Below the pieces are notes generated by a model. The model was not told where the DNA came from. It ran no database searches and was given only the letters and a program-made list of their open reading frames with translations. Of a DNA stretch of 64,000 nt, positions 30,265-40,506 are shown piece by piece; within the stretch, counting starts at the first letter, position 1; each line of letters starts with the position of its first letter. The translations under genes were made by a program, and so were the position numbers. The DNA is from a virus. The DNA lies in the IMG/VR virus record IMGVR_UViG_3300020421_001669, positions 97,407 through 161,406 of that record; one strand, given 5' to 3'.

Positions 30265-30900
30265 ATGATTTATGAAGATTTTTTAACTGAAACAGTGTTT
30301 CCTGTAGTCAAAGACAAAAATGTCTTAGAAATAGGTGCATTGAATGATAAAATTACAGAATGTATTAAAAACGCTGGTGCTTATTATGTGGAGACAGTAG
30401 ACCCAGTTGGTTTGGTTAAACCAATTTTCAAGGGTACTGCTAATGATTATTATAAACAATTCAATCCAGATGACGGCAGATATCGTGATACTGATGTTGT
30501 AGTGGTCATGGGGTTATTATATCACTTACATAGTCCTTGGCATTTACTAGAACTAATCATCAACTATTCACAACCAGATACATTAATAATTGAAACCAGT
30601 AATGGTGTTACTCTTGACAAAGGTATAAAGGTGATAGAACCATTTAAAACCATTGGTGAAGAAGTATATTCTACATTAGGTAATGCGTGGCCAGATAAAG
30701 ATATCAAACATCCTATATCGATACACACTTCTGTGACCAGACAAGATTTCATAAAAGGTATAGAAACAACACCCATGAAGTTAGATAAATACTGGAATTA
30801 CCCAGACATGGAAGATTTTTCATTTAATTCTGAAGCATTTTCTAAATCAAAACACGACATGTGGTTAGGAGTATTTAATCGTGAAGAAGAAAAACTATAA
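30265..30900 (+). CDS. Class I SAM methyltransferase
   Basis: VLEIGA, DVVVVMGLLYHL, LIIET. Confidence 0.75.
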   Translation: MIYEDFLTETVFPVVKDKNVLEIGALNDKITECIKNAGAYYVETVDPVGLVKPIFKGTANDYYKQFNPDDGRYRDTDVVVVMGLLYHLHSPWHLLELIINYSQPDTLIIETSNGVTLDKGIKVIEPFKTIGEEVYSTLGNAWPDKDIKHPISIHTSVTRQDFIKGIETTPMKLDKYWNYPDMEDFSFNSEAFSKSKHDMWLGVFNREEEKL

Positions 30901-31063
30901 TGCAAAAAAACCCAAACTCAAAACTGTGCCGAAAGAGGAAGCATGGGATAGATTATGGGGTTCTGGAAAGACCATAAATAGTAATTCCGCAAGTGAGGAA
31001 TTACCAAATGGTTATGAATGGAACGAAAAGAAAACGAAAATCATCCCCAAAGAAGAAACATAG
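30881..31063 (+). CDS. Small basic hypothetical protein
   Basis: Short ORF with WDRLWG. Confidence 0.45.
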   Translation: MKKKNYNAKKPKLKTVPKEEAWDRLWGSGKTINSNSASEELPNGYEWNEKKTKIIPKEET

Positions 31064-31385
31064 GGTTTATTGCACCTATTTTCCAGATGGGAGATACTAC
31101 ATAGGTTATTCATGCAAGACTGAAAAATTGTATGAGAAATATTATGGTAGCTCTAACATAGTAAAAGAGTACGAAGGTGAACTAACCAAAGAAACCATTG
31201 TCGAGTATGACACTAGAGCTCCTGCCAAGATACAAGAATTCTTGCTACAATGGCAACAACGCGAAGACGAAAACTGTTTGAATGATATGATTCATATAAG
31301 ACTAAGAATGAGTTTTCTGAAAGATTTTAAACCAATCGAATGGAAACCACATGGACAAAATAATGTTAGTACTAGAAACCAGTAA
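31014..31385 (+). CDS. GIY-YIG-like nuclease domain protein
   Basis: VYC...YYIG...YYGSS, then E and N; CATAAATA late-like promoter at 30973. Confidence 0.6.
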   Translation: MNGTKRKRKSSPKKKHRVYCTYFPDGRYYIGYSCKTEKLYEKYYGSSNIVKEYEGELTKETIVEYDTRAPAKIQEFLLQWQQREDENCLNDMIHIRLRMSFLKDFKPIEWKPHGQNNVSTRNQ

Positions 31386-31821
31386 ACATGCATTTGGAAT
31401 AATGGGTAGGTGTGGTTCTACTACCATGATAAGACGGTCTAGGAAAACACGCGAACAGAATACTAGAACATATGAATACTTCAATGAGTTGGAGAAAGAG
31501 AAATATGTTTTTTTAAGAAACCCTATCAGCAGATGGTATTCAGCAGAACAATCTGGTATGGGTATTGACCCATATCACGCTTTACCATATATGCATAATA
31601 TTATTTGGGATAAGGTTCATGGTATAGTGCCGTTTGAAGATTTGGAACAATATTTACCAAAGGGCAACTATATCCACAGGGGTAGTGGTAGAGTATACAA
31701 AGGGAATCAACCTTCATCCGTGTTAGACGGTGAGATGATGTTATACCACATGTGGAGAAAGAAGAAACCAGTTCTTACCCCAGAGAAATTTAGGGAGATA
31801 ATTAAAGAATGGGACACTTAA
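31351..31821 (+). CDS. Sulfotransferase-like protein
   Basis: RCGSTT (5'-PSB loop) and FLRNPISRWYS (3'-PB motif). Confidence 0.6.
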   Translation: MDKIMLVLETSKHAFGIMGRCGSTTMIRRSRKTREQNTRTYEYFNELEKEKYVFLRNPISRWYSAEQSGMGIDPYHALPYMHNIIWDKVHGIVPFEDLEQYLPKGNYIHRGSGRVYKGNQPSSVLDGEMMLYHMWRKKKPVLTPEKFREIIKEWDT

Positions 31822-33149
31822 TAGGATTATTATTTTCAGCACTCGCAGTATCGGCAGTCGCCGCTTACTTCTCGATTGTTGGATTGATGGCAATCTTTAG
31901 TGGACTACCACAGTCCATACTTGCCATGGGTGTAGTGTTGGAGATTGCTAAACTAGTAACTGCCTCTTGGGTGTATCAGTATTGGAAGAAGACCTCGTTG
32001 CTGATGCGAAGTTACATGGTGTCTGCCGTGATTATACTATCAGTTATTACATCTATAGGTATATTTGGATTCCTATCTAAGGCACACCTAGACCAATCCG
32101 CATCCACAGGTGACGCGGTAGCACAGGTAGAGAGAATACAAGACCTTATACAACGAGAGAACCTAAGAATCACCACAGCAGAAGAACAAATAACCAGAGT
32201 AGAATCTGGTGGTAGTTTGGATGTGTCGGAGAGTATCAAACAACAGGAAGAGATACGAGATACAGCATGGGACAGGATACAAGATGATGTGCAATATGCA
32301 GAAAACCAGATTGAAAAGATACGAGAAGGATTAGAATCAGATTTAAATAAGAAACAATCAGAGTTAGATGCCCTTGACGATATAGTAAAGTCATACACAG
32401 ACCAAGGAACTACAGGTGGTGTATTCAGTAGAGAAGATAATGTAGCGAAGGGTATAGAGATAAGAGAGTCACAGAAAACAGAGAGAGACAGGATTGCTCT
32501 GGAGATGGGTGAACTGAGAGGATACGCGGAGACCCAGATTGCTGGATATCGTAACCAAATAGGTGAGTACAGGGCATCTGTACAGGATACCATTGATGGT
32601 GCGAACAGAGAGATAAACAGATTACGAGAACAGGGTGCTGATGACCAAGCATCCAGAGATGAACAAATTGACACTATACAAGAAAGAATTGATAGTGCAT
32701 ATGCAAAGATTGATGAGTACAATGTAGAGTTGTTCGATAAACAATCTATTGTAAGGGACATAGAAAAAGAAGTTGGCCCGATTAAATATGTTGCCCAGTT
32801 GCTCTATGGTAACAGCGGTGCTGGTGCGGTAGATAATGCCGTCACACTTCTTATTTTATTACTAGTGTTTGTATTTGACCCATTGGCTATTGTGTTAGTA
32901 CTTGCCGCCAACCTTAGTTTTAAGGAAAGGCAAGGAGAACTCATAACACCAATGTCAGTTGATGAAACAGTAGTCGAAGAGCAAATTATACCAGAGGAAG
33001 AACCATCTGGAATGCCTACCGATGATTTACCAGAGATGGATGATTGGGTTAAGGATAAGTATGGTACTAGTTCTGGAATGGCCAACCTTTCCAAGACCGA
33101 TAAAAAGAAATTGGAATGGTTGATTGATAAACAAAAAAACACGGAGTAA
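31809..33149 (+). CDS. Membrane protein with long coiled coil
   Basis: Three N-terminal TMs (SIGIFGFLSKAH), coiled coil, C-terminal TM with VFDPLA. Confidence 0.75.
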   Translation: MGHLIGLLFSALAVSAVAAYFSIVGLMAIFSGLPQSILAMGVVLEIAKLVTASWVYQYWKKTSLLMRSYMVSAVIILSVITSIGIFGFLSKAHLDQSASTGDAVAQVERIQDLIQRENLRITTAEEQITRVESGGSLDVSESIKQQEEIRDTAWDRIQDDVQYAENQIEKIREGLESDLNKKQSELDALDDIVKSYTDQGTTGGVFSREDNVAKGIEIRESQKTERDRIALEMGELRGYAETQIAGYRNQIGEYRASVQDTIDGANREINRLREQGADDQASRDEQIDTIQERIDSAYAKIDEYNVELFDKQSIVRDIEKEVGPIKYVAQLLYGNSGAGAVDNAVTLLILLLVFVFDPLAIVLVLAANLSFKERQGELITPMSVDETVVEEQIIPEEEPSGMPTDDLPEMDDWVKDKYGTSSGMANLSKTDKKKLEWLIDKQKNTE

Positions 33150-33150
33150 A

Positions 33151-34746
33151 GTGAAATATATAATTGCGTTAATAGTTTTGACATTCGCTTTCAATGTCAA
33201 TGCTAGTGAAGAAATAGAAGAAAGTATAATAGTCGGTGCCAAAGTATACAATGGATACTCAGACCCAATATATGACAGAAACCTTTTAGAAAGTATTCAA
33301 TACACTAAAAGATATGTCGCTGGTGGTTTGGGTGGATTCAACGGTATACAGTTAAATGGTACAGATACTAAACACACTGCTGTATATAAGAATGGTGTAC
33401 CAGTTAATGACCCTAGTGCTGGGTGGTACGATTTCGGTACAGACCTACCCGCTCATCAAAACATAACTACTATATCTGGGCCAAACAGCGTCAAGTATGG
33501 TAGTGGTTCGATGGCTGGTGTAGTGCTTATAGAAGATAACTTTGAAAGAAATCTAACCATAGAGGGTGGAGAAGACCTTGCAAAGATAGTTGCTAGTTAT
33601 GAGTGGTTCAATGAGAATCAAGAAGTTGGTTTTCAATTAGCACATTATAATGGTAGTAACGGTTCAGTCATGACTGATAATGATGAACAGGATTGGTATG
33701 AAAACACCACGATAAAATTTGGATACGCGAATGAGTATGCCAAGATAAATGTGGAGAATATCAAATACTATTATGATTATGATGCATGTTGGATGATGAT
33801 GCCACCAAATGAGTGGGAAGAGTGGGACTTCTGTAATACAGAGGGTGAGAAAAACACAATATCAGTGAGAAACGAATGGTTTGTTTTAGGTCATACAGAT
33901 AACAAGGCAAAACATAACACTGGATATGAGATGGACTCACAGAGAACCTACCTTGATGCTACTGTATGGAGGGGTGCTGGTCATGAAATAGGTTTCACTG
34001 CTCAAGAAGAGGAATTTGACGATAAAAGTAGGGATTCTTATTCCGCGTATTACCGATGGTCAAATGACTTTGTTGGGATTGGATATAAATTTCTTGAGGG
34101 TACTGCGCCATCATCTGAACAACACATTGTTAGAGTTGGTGTAGAGTGGCAAGAGGCAAGATTCTCAATTGCAAATAGTTACAGACTGCCTAATTTATAT
34201 GAGCAATATGGTGATGGATGGGTAGCACCAAACCCATCATTACAACCAGAAGAGGGTTTAGGCACAGAATTTGGATACAAGGATGTGTCCATTTACTACT
34301 ATGAATTTGAGGAAGGTATAGATTTTGACTACAACAGGTATCAATATGTAAATTCTGGGGAGTATTCTACACATGGAATCCGCTATCAAGACCAATTTTT
34401 GCTTGACAATGGGTCTCTTTTCGTGTATACTGAGTACACAGAAACAGATAAAATTAGAGTACCTAAATATAGGACTAAATTAAGTTACTGGACATCTGGA
34501 CAATTTGGTGGTATTCAATGGGATACCGCTTTGGAATATCTAGGTGAATTTGAAAAAGGTAGAGATTTTGATACAAGACGAATTGATGATGTTAATACTT
34601 TTAATTTTAAGTTCGGGTTGTATTTACAGCGCAATGTTTACATGATGATTTCTATTGATGACATATTGGACAACAATTTCGAGATATTACCAGATTATGC
34701 TGCTGGTGGGAGAACAGTACGACTTAGTATCGACAAAATATTATAA
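33151..34746 (+). CDS. TonB-dependent outer-membrane receptor-like protein (BtuB-like)
   Basis: Signal peptide; EESIIVGA TonB-box-like; plug NGVPVND...GPNSVKYGSGSMAGVV; YRLPNLYE...NPSLQPE; C-terminal DILD...GRTVRLS. Confidence 0.8.
   Translation: MKYIIALIVLTFAFNVNASEEIEESIIVGAKVYNGYSDPIYDRNLLESIQYTKRYVAGGLGGFNGIQLNGTDTKHTAVYKNGVPVNDPSAGWYDFGTDLPAHQNITTISGPNSVKYGSGSMAGVVLIEDNFERNLTIEGGEDLAKIVASYEWFNENQEVGFQLAHYNGSNGSVMTDNDEQDWYENTTIKFGYANEYAKINVENIKYYYDYDACWMMMPPNEWEEWDFCNTEGEKNTISVRNEWFVLGHTDNKAKHNTGYEMDSQRTYLDATVWRGAGHEIGFTAQEEEFDDKSRDSYSAYYRWSNDFVGIGYKFLEGTAPSSEQHIVRVGVEWQEARFSIANSYRLPNLYEQYGDGWVAPNPSLQPEEGLGTEFGYKDVSIYYYEFEEGIDFDYNRYQYVNSGEYSTHGIRYQDQFLLDNGSLFVYTEYTETDKIRVPKYRTKLSYWTSGQFGGIQWDTALEYLGEFEKGRDFDTRRIDDVNTFNFKFGLYLQRNVYMMISIDDILDNNFEILPDYAAGGRTVRLSIDKIL
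34403..34431 (+). promoter_or_regulatory. sigma70-like promoter inside the receptor gene
   Basis: gcTTGACA-17-TATACT; same GC-TTGAC context as the other promoters. Confidence 0.5.
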
Positions 34747-34756
34747 GGATAAATTC

Positions 34757-35908
34757 ATGGAAGGGCCAGGCCGCGACCCTAATCGTATAAAAAAGACTAA
34801 ATTTCTGGATTCCATAGTTTACCGAAAACTTGATACAAAAGTAGAGAAGGATAAATCTATGCCCAAACTTTTAACTAATGGATGTTCTATAACTATTGGC
34901 GCAGAACTTGGTGAGAAAAAAGTAATGCACAAAAACGGATTTGAATACCAAGACTGTGACACCACTTATAGACATAACAATAGATGGTCAACTAAACTAG
35001 CCTTGAAGTTGGATATGCAACCGATTAATATAGCAAGAGGTGGCGGTTCTAATTGGAGAATATGGAGAAACACACAAGACTACCTATTAGAAAATCAAGT
35101 TGATTTTGCCGTCATACAAATGACAGAACCAAGTAGATTCCAGATACCTATAAGTTATGATTTTGTATCGAAATGGAAACCTACTAGTACTGTTTCTGAA
35201 TTTAGTGATTGGGCTTCTGGTGGTATATACGGCGCTGAAGATTTTGGTGGTCAGTTTGAGGAATATAGTCACTGGAATTGGGGTGAACAACACCAGTTGC
35301 AAAGTTTTATGAATGACAGGAAGGCAAACCCAGGCCAAATAGCGGATTGGGACAAAGAAACTATGCTAGATGAAAATCATTATGTAGATATGGCAGATGA
35401 GATTACAGGATATTTCCTAATCAATGACCAGATACATTCTTACTTTGATTATCTTAGACATATTCTATATCTACATAATTTATTTGAGACACATGGCGTA
35501 CCACATTTAATTGTAGATATGCTAGAAGGGTTTACCATGTGCCAGTATATACTAGATGAATTGGATCAAGTCGAATCTATGCCACTTGATGCTTCGGTTG
35601 GTAAGTTTTTCAATTACATCATACCACAAGACCCAGACCCAGAATTGAAGAAAGTGTGGTTTGATTATATCAAAAAATCAAAAATACACTCTAAATTTAA
35701 CAACTTATTCAAAGAGGTGGCATCTGCCAAGTGGTTCGATGGTCACCCATATAGGAATTATTTTTCAAAAATAACCAGAGATTGCCCACGCGAGGGCATG
35801 AATGACATGTATGTCGGGGAAATGCCTAATGGCCATCCCGATGAGGTATGTCATACAATATTCGCGGAAAGAATGTTCAGTGAAATTAAAAGGAGAAATT
35901 TATTATGA
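34757..35908 (+). CDS. SGNH-hydrolase-like protein (DUF6071-like)
   Basis: NGCSITIG, NIARGGGSN, GHPDEVCH. Confidence 0.6.
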   Translation: MEGPGRDPNRIKKTKFLDSIVYRKLDTKVEKDKSMPKLLTNGCSITIGAELGEKKVMHKNGFEYQDCDTTYRHNNRWSTKLALKLDMQPINIARGGGSNWRIWRNTQDYLLENQVDFAVIQMTEPSRFQIPISYDFVSKWKPTSTVSEFSDWASGGIYGAEDFGGQFEEYSHWNWGEQHQLQSFMNDRKANPGQIADWDKETMLDENHYVDMADEITGYFLINDQIHSYFDYLRHILYLHNLFETHGVPHLIVDMLEGFTMCQYILDELDQVESMPLDASVGKFFNYIIPQDPDPELKKVWFDYIKKSKIHSKFNNLFKEVASAKWFDGHPYRNYFSKITRDCPREGMNDMYVGEMPNGHPDEVCHTIFAERMFSEIKRRNLL

Positions 35909-36153
35909 ACGCAGTGAAATATAGTAGGTCACAAATCAGTGACATTTTGGTAGAACACCAAGCAACTATTGGTTATGTCAAGAAGGATGGCACTTCAAGA
36001 GATGTAAAAGCTACATTGATGCCTAGTGTTATTCCAGAGGTGAAAAATCCCGCTCCAGTTAAGGAGACTCACTTGACAGTATTTGATACTGAAAAACAGC
36101 AGTGGAGAACTCTGCTTATGGATGGTATCATCAATATTTCTTCAGTTAAGTAA
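35905..36153 (+). CDS. SH3/WYL_2-like small protein
   Basis: YVKKDGTSR..ATL...VFD.EK.QWR. Confidence 0.7.
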   Translation: MNAVKYSRSQISDILVEHQATIGYVKKDGTSRDVKATLMPSVIPEVKNPAPVKETHLTVFDTEKQQWRTLLMDGIINISSVK

Positions 36154-36161
36154 AAAAACGC

Positions 36162-36191
36162 TTGACACTTGGACTAGACTTGTGTTATCAT
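36162..36191 (+). promoter_or_regulatory. sigma70 promoter
   Basis: A-tract, cgcTTGACA-18-TATCAT with extended TG. Confidence 0.65.
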
Positions 36192-36221
36192 ATATAGCTA
36201 TGATACACAAGGAGTCCAATA

Positions 36222-36734
36222 ATGGCAAAAAGAATAACTAAGGACGATTTTCGTCCAGACAAACCGAAGCGTAGGCGTAGAAAACCTATGACTGAGGAAC
36301 AAAAAGCTGCCGCTGTTGAAAGACTAGCGAAGGCGCGTGAAGCGAGGTTGTTAAAGAACCCGCCTAAATTGAAGCATGTACATCCAGATGTATTAGCGAA
36401 ACCCGATGACGATTGGTTATCATATAACAAGGTCAAGGGTTGGATTAAATACAACAAAGAGATGATACCCTCTCTTAAACAAGAGATAAGGGCGAATCAA
36501 AAGGGTGCAATTGCTAAATTAGAATCAGTTAAAGGTTACATTAGACAAATGGAAACTTATCTGAAACATGGAGTATGGTTATCTAATTTCGCAGGCGAAG
36601 ACCAAAATAGGAAGGTAGTCTGGGAATGTATTGTTCCAGCATACGACAAAGAGGGTAATATCAAACGCCAGAATGGGGTTTATTACAAAGACCTTGGTTT
36701 TGTATGGGGGGAGCAATCCGATGATATTGATTGA
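36222..36734 (+). CDS. Basic hypothetical protein
   Basis: AGGAG SD; ERLAKAR motif. Confidence 0.75.
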   Translation: MAKRITKDDFRPDKPKRRRRKPMTEEQKAAAVERLAKAREARLLKNPPKLKHVHPDVLAKPDDDWLSYNKVKGWIKYNKEMIPSLKQEIRANQKGAIAKLESVKGYIRQMETYLKHGVWLSNFAGEDQNRKVVWECIVPAYDKEGNIKRQNGVYYKDLGFVWGEQSDDID

Positions 36735-37605
36735 TTATAATCAAATTAGTATCGGCAATCTTATGGTGGAGTTGAATAATTCCAAAGATGGCGATATTAA
36801 CATAGACTTGGTTCGGCATATGATACTCAATACTTTGCGAAGTTATAAAACAAAGTATGGTGAGGAGTATGGTGACCTAGTAATTGCCTGTGATAATAGA
36901 AGATACTGGAGAAGAAGTATATTTCCACAGTACAAGGCGAGTCGTAAAAAGACACGCGAAGACAGTGGATATGATTGGGTGTCTATATTTGAAGGGTTGT
37001 CACTAGTTAGACAAGAGTTGCAACAACACATGCCATATCCAGTTATTGATGTGGATGGTGCTGAGGCAGATGATGTGATTGGTACACTGGCGGCATGGAG
37101 TCAGACAAATGATTTGGTACAGGATGGTTTATTTGAATCACCCAAACCATTTCTCATTGTGTCTGGTGACCATGATTTCCAACAGTTGCAGAAGTGGGAT
37201 AATGTTGCCCAGTTTTCGCCATTGAAGAAAAGGTTTATCAAGATTAAAGAACCCGCTGACCAGATTCTAAGAGAACATATCATACGCGGTGATAAGGGAG
37301 ATGGAGTGCCTAACATTCTCAGCGAAGACAATTCATTCGTTGAGGGTATACGACAAAGACCTATCAGAAAAACACTGGTTGCTGAATGGAAAATGCAGAA
37401 ACCAGAAGAATGGGTCACTGGAGAAATGGCCGCTGCTTACATCCGAAATAAAACTATGGTGGATTTATCACAAACACCAGAAGATATTAAGGAACAAATC
37501 ATATTCCAGTACACGGCGCAGTTGAATAAGTCGGCTGAAGACATGTATAAATACTTTACGAACTTTAGTCTTGATAGACTTATTGAAGTGATTGATGAAT
37601 TTTAA
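36721..37605 (+). CDS. rnh: RNase H / 5'-3' exonuclease (T4 rnh)
   Basis: ILIDYNQ, YWRR...YKASR, EADDVIG, SGDHDF, GDKGDGVPN. Confidence 0.95.
   Translation: MILIDYNQISIGNLMVELNNSKDGDINIDLVRHMILNTLRSYKTKYGEEYGDLVIACDNRRYWRRSIFPQYKASRKKTREDSGYDWVSIFEGLSLVRQELQQHMPYPVIDVDGAEADDVIGTLAAWSQTNDLVQDGLFESPKPFLIVSGDHDFQQLQKWDNVAQFSPLKKRFIKIKEPADQILREHIIRGDKGDGVPNILSEDNSFVEGIRQRPIRKTLVAEWKMQKPEEWVTGEMAAAYIRNKTMVDLSQTPEDIKEQIIFQYTAQLNKSAEDMYKYFTNFSLDRLIEVIDEF
37546..37553 (+). promoter_or_regulatory. T4-type late promoter
   Basis: TATAAATA inside the 3' end of rnh. Confidence 0.6.
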
Positions 37606-37616
37606 ATGAGGAAATT

Positions 37617-38108
37617 ATGCGAAAATTTAGACAAATGAATGAAGGTTTCGACTTTGTATTTGAAGGCGAAACCGTAGACGAACAAGTAACTCGTCTAAAA
37701 GAATGGGGACAGAACAACCAATGCCTAGTTCCAGTAGTTAGAATGGGAGTTGGTGCGGAGAAACCAGAATGGAATTTACCAGAAGGGATGCCCGAAACTG
37801 TCAAACTAGAAGAAGATACGCCAGATGGATTGGGTGCAACATCTATCCAGATAGAGTGGCGTAGAATTAAACAATTCACAGACCCCAATTCCAACATGAA
37901 AAATCTACCCGATTGGAAACAGGAGATGAATTGGTTACAGATTCTTGAGGGTGTACATCCAGAAGAGGCAAAGATACTAACTGCCGTGAAGGATGGCAGT
38001 CTACTTGGACTATACCCGAAGTTAGAAAAACTCATGGAACCCTTGGGCATTACCGAGTATAACAAACCCAAGAAAGTTAGAAAACCCAGAAAGAAAAAGG
38101 AAGTGTAA
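37617..38108 (+). CDS. Conserved T4-like protein (DUF6433-like)
   Basis: LPEG.P...QILEGVHPEEA..L...KD. Confidence 0.7.
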   Translation: MRKFRQMNEGFDFVFEGETVDEQVTRLKEWGQNNQCLVPVVRMGVGAEKPEWNLPEGMPETVKLEEDTPDGLGATSIQIEWRRIKQFTDPNSNMKNLPDWKQEMNWLQILEGVHPEEAKILTAVKDGSLLGLYPKLEKLMEPLGITEYNKPKKVRKPRKKKEV

Positions 38109-38362
38109 TGGCAGATTTGACCAAACAATTAACCCATACCTTGAAAATCTATTTCGAGAGTCAGATAAACAAGCACAAAATCAATGTACAGGTTTTGATG
38201 CAGAAAGGCGTGGGGGTTGCAGAACATCCAGATATAATGCAAACGATTGAGGATGAACTTGGCAAGATTGCTGAATTCAAGGATAAACTAGAAGCACTAG
38301 ATACACTTGATATTACAGACGAGAATCAGCTGAGTTTTTTGAAGGAAGATGGAACGAGCTAG
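38108..38362 (+). CDS. Hypothetical protein
   Basis: GVGVAEHPDI motif; TAATG-coupled. Confidence 0.7.
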   Translation: MADLTKQLTHTLKIYFESQINKHKINVQVLMQKGVGVAEHPDIMQTIEDELGKIAEFKDKLEALDTLDITDENQLSFLKEDGTS

Positions 38363-38879
38363 TAGATTCTTTTTATTCAAGTGTGGTGGTTGGAAGAATG
38401 AATTTTGGATTGTAGATGAACACAGTTTACAGGAAGTACCAAAACCACGCGAGATGATAATCAAATTCTCTACCGTTGAAAAGGTCAGAGAATATGTTAT
38501 TACACAAAATCCAACAGACCTACCAATAGTCGATAGGTGCAGAGACCGTACCGCTTGGCACACGCCAGAGGGTCGAGAACGCATAAAACAGGCGAAACTA
38601 GGGGGAAGTAACCCTAATGCCAGTGGACTATCAGAAACGCACAAAATGAAGATTTCACAGACCATGACAGGTACTAGGCAAGGTGAATTCAATCCCATGT
38701 ATGGGAGACAACACAAACAACAAACCATAGAACTAATACGACAGAAGGCATATGCCCGCCCCAAAATGAGGTGGTGCGTAGAACCTTCTGGCAAGTCCCA
38801 TTTGGTGAGAGCTGACGGCGATATACCAGAATCTTGGCAATGGGGACGATATTACGACAAATATAGACCAAATGAGTGA
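38349..38879 (+). CDS. NUMOD3-repeat DNA-binding protein
   Basis: SETHKMKIS...GEFNPMYGRQHKQQTIELIR. Confidence 0.65.
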   Translation: MERASRFFLFKCGGWKNEFWIVDEHSLQEVPKPREMIIKFSTVEKVREYVITQNPTDLPIVDRCRDRTAWHTPEGRERIKQAKLGGSNPNASGLSETHKMKISQTMTGTRQGEFNPMYGRQHKQQTIELIRQKAYARPKMRWCVEPSGKSHLVRADGDIPESWQWGRYYDKYRPNE

Positions 38880-38913
38880 ATTTTTTTATCAATTTTTTTG
38901 TTTTTCCCAGTTA

Positions 38914-38985
38914 AATCAATGACTTACAGAGGCGGATTTATTGATATTTCGCTTGACTTTTGCCCCTATTTCTGTCATGATCATA
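38914..38985 (+). promoter_or_regulatory. Early sigma70 promoter with IHF site and GATC overlapping -10
   Basis: AATCAAtgacTTA 38914-38926; TTGACT 38953-38958, 17 nt, TGtCATGAT-C. Confidence 0.75.
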
Positions 38986-39014
38986 ATGTAAGATAAATCA
39001 TGAGAGGAAAAAAT

Positions 39015-39263
39015 ATGACAAATAAAATTGATTTCGTTGGTGCAAATAATGGTGGTCTTGAGTTCACACTTGAGAATGACAATTATGAGAACAAACTTGT
39101 GGGCAAAAACCTTGAAGAGTGTGCTTTGATTATCGCAAAATATGGTCTTGCTGACAGTGTGATGGGTTCTTCTTCAATGGATTTCGCAAGTGAATCTGGT
39201 TTTGAGAACGATGAAGACGCGATGACCATGTACCAATATGCAATCAAATTGGCGGGAGTTTAA
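39015..39263 (+). CDS. Early hypothetical protein
   Basis: GAGGA SD after the early promoter. Confidence 0.75.
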   Translation: MTNKIDFVGANNGGLEFTLENDNYENKLVGKNLEECALIIAKYGLADSVMGSSSMDFASESGFENDEDAMTMYQYAIKLAGV

Positions 39264-39264
39264 T

Positions 39265-39489
39265 ATGGCAGAACAAGAAATCGCATTAACAGTAACTATG
39301 AACCAATTGATTGAGAAAATGGGTGCCCCAAAAGGCACTACCTATGACCAGTTAGATGCTGGACAACAAGCACATATCGATGGATATTGTGAACAGTTTG
39401 ATGATGAAATTGACCATGACGGAGGTCAATGTTATTGTGGTACTTATGGATGCCCAGATGCATACATTTGTGCTACTAGTGGTTGGTAA
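39265..39489 (+). CDS. Hypothetical protein with C-terminal Cys cluster
   Basis: CYCGTYGCPDAYICATSGW. Confidence 0.65.
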   Translation: MAEQEIALTVTMNQLIEKMGAPKGTTYDQLDAGQQAHIDGYCEQFDDEIDHDGGQCYCGTYGCPDAYICATSGW

Positions 39490-40094
39490 TTATGGTACAG
39501 ATAAACAAAGAAAAAGTAATTTTAACGGATTGTGATGGGGTCTGCCTAGATTGGGAGACTGCATTTTTCACATGGATGGCTCATAATGGAATGAATCCAG
39601 TGGGCGAGGATTGGAAACTCAAGTATAAAGTTTCTGATAGATTTGGTGTCAGTGTTGCCGAGGGGCAAAGATTGACTAACCAATTCAACAGTAGTGCTGC
39701 TATCGGGTTTCTGCCCCCGCTTAGAGATGCACAACATTATATGAAGTTGTTGGCAGAAAAACACGGTTATAAGTTTGTAGCAGTCACTAGTCTACACAGT
39801 GACCCCTATGCTCAAGAGTTAAGAACGCAAAACCTTAAAAAGTTATTCGGAGAGGATACATTTATTGAGTACCACTATCTTGATTGTGGTGCTGACAAGG
39901 ATGAAATCCTATTGGAATTAGCGAATAAATACGAAGGATGCCCTTGGATTGAAGACAAGTATATCAATGTCGAAGTTGGTATGAAAGTTGGATTCAAAGG
40001 TTACTTAATTGAACATGGTCACAATTTGAGATACCAAGGTAACGCTATTGTGGTCAAGAACTGGGAGCAAATCTATGAGTCAATTACTAAGTGA
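39483..40094 (+). CDS. HAD-family nucleotidase (T4 gp30.2-like)
   Basis: ILTDCDGVCLDW, VTS, K, WIED. Confidence 0.85.
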   Translation: MVIMVQINKEKVILTDCDGVCLDWETAFFTWMAHNGMNPVGEDWKLKYKVSDRFGVSVAEGQRLTNQFNSSAAIGFLPPLRDAQHYMKLLAEKHGYKFVAVTSLHSDPYAQELRTQNLKKLFGEDTFIEYHYLDCGADKDEILLELANKYEGCPWIEDKYINVEVGMKVGFKGYLIEHGHNLRYQGNAIVVKNWEQIYESITK

Positions 40095-40272
40095 AGTCGA
40101 TTTTGATGGTGTAGAGTTTGATACATTTTGCCATGAATTCTTTCATCGCAATTGTGAAGAACGCGAAGCCTACAATGAACCTCTACTGAGTTTTGAACAG
40201 TACTTGGAAAAGAACAGGTCTTTTCTGGTCGAAGAGTATAACAAGCAGAACAAACAACAACTTTTATTTTAA
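40075..40272 (+). CDS. Hypothetical protein
   Basis: NCEEREAY motif; GGAG SD. Confidence 0.65.
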   Translation: MSQLLSEVDFDGVEFDTFCHEFFHRNCEEREAYNEPLLSFEQYLEKNRSFLVEEYNKQNKQQLLF

Positions 40273-40281
40273 GAGGATAAA

Positions 40282-40506
40282 ATGATTGGATTAGAATTAT
40301 CAGCAATGCTGGTGGGAATCACTGCAATGTTAGCATATAGATGGGGATTTAGGAAAGGTACTGCATCCTCAGCAACCGCAACGATGTTTATCATGCGAGA
40401 GTTTTTGAATGAGAGTCAAGGTTCTGATTGGACTGACATCACACTAGGCAAAAACTTTAACAGGGTACACAGGTGGATGGATAAATTAGAAAATGGCGAG
40501 GAGTAG
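40282..40506 (+). CDS. Small membrane protein
   Basis: N-terminal TM then WGFRKG. Confidence 0.65.
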   Translation: MIGLELSAMLVGITAMLAYRWGFRKGTASSATATMFIMREFLNESQGSDWTDITLGKNFNRVHRWMDKLENGEE

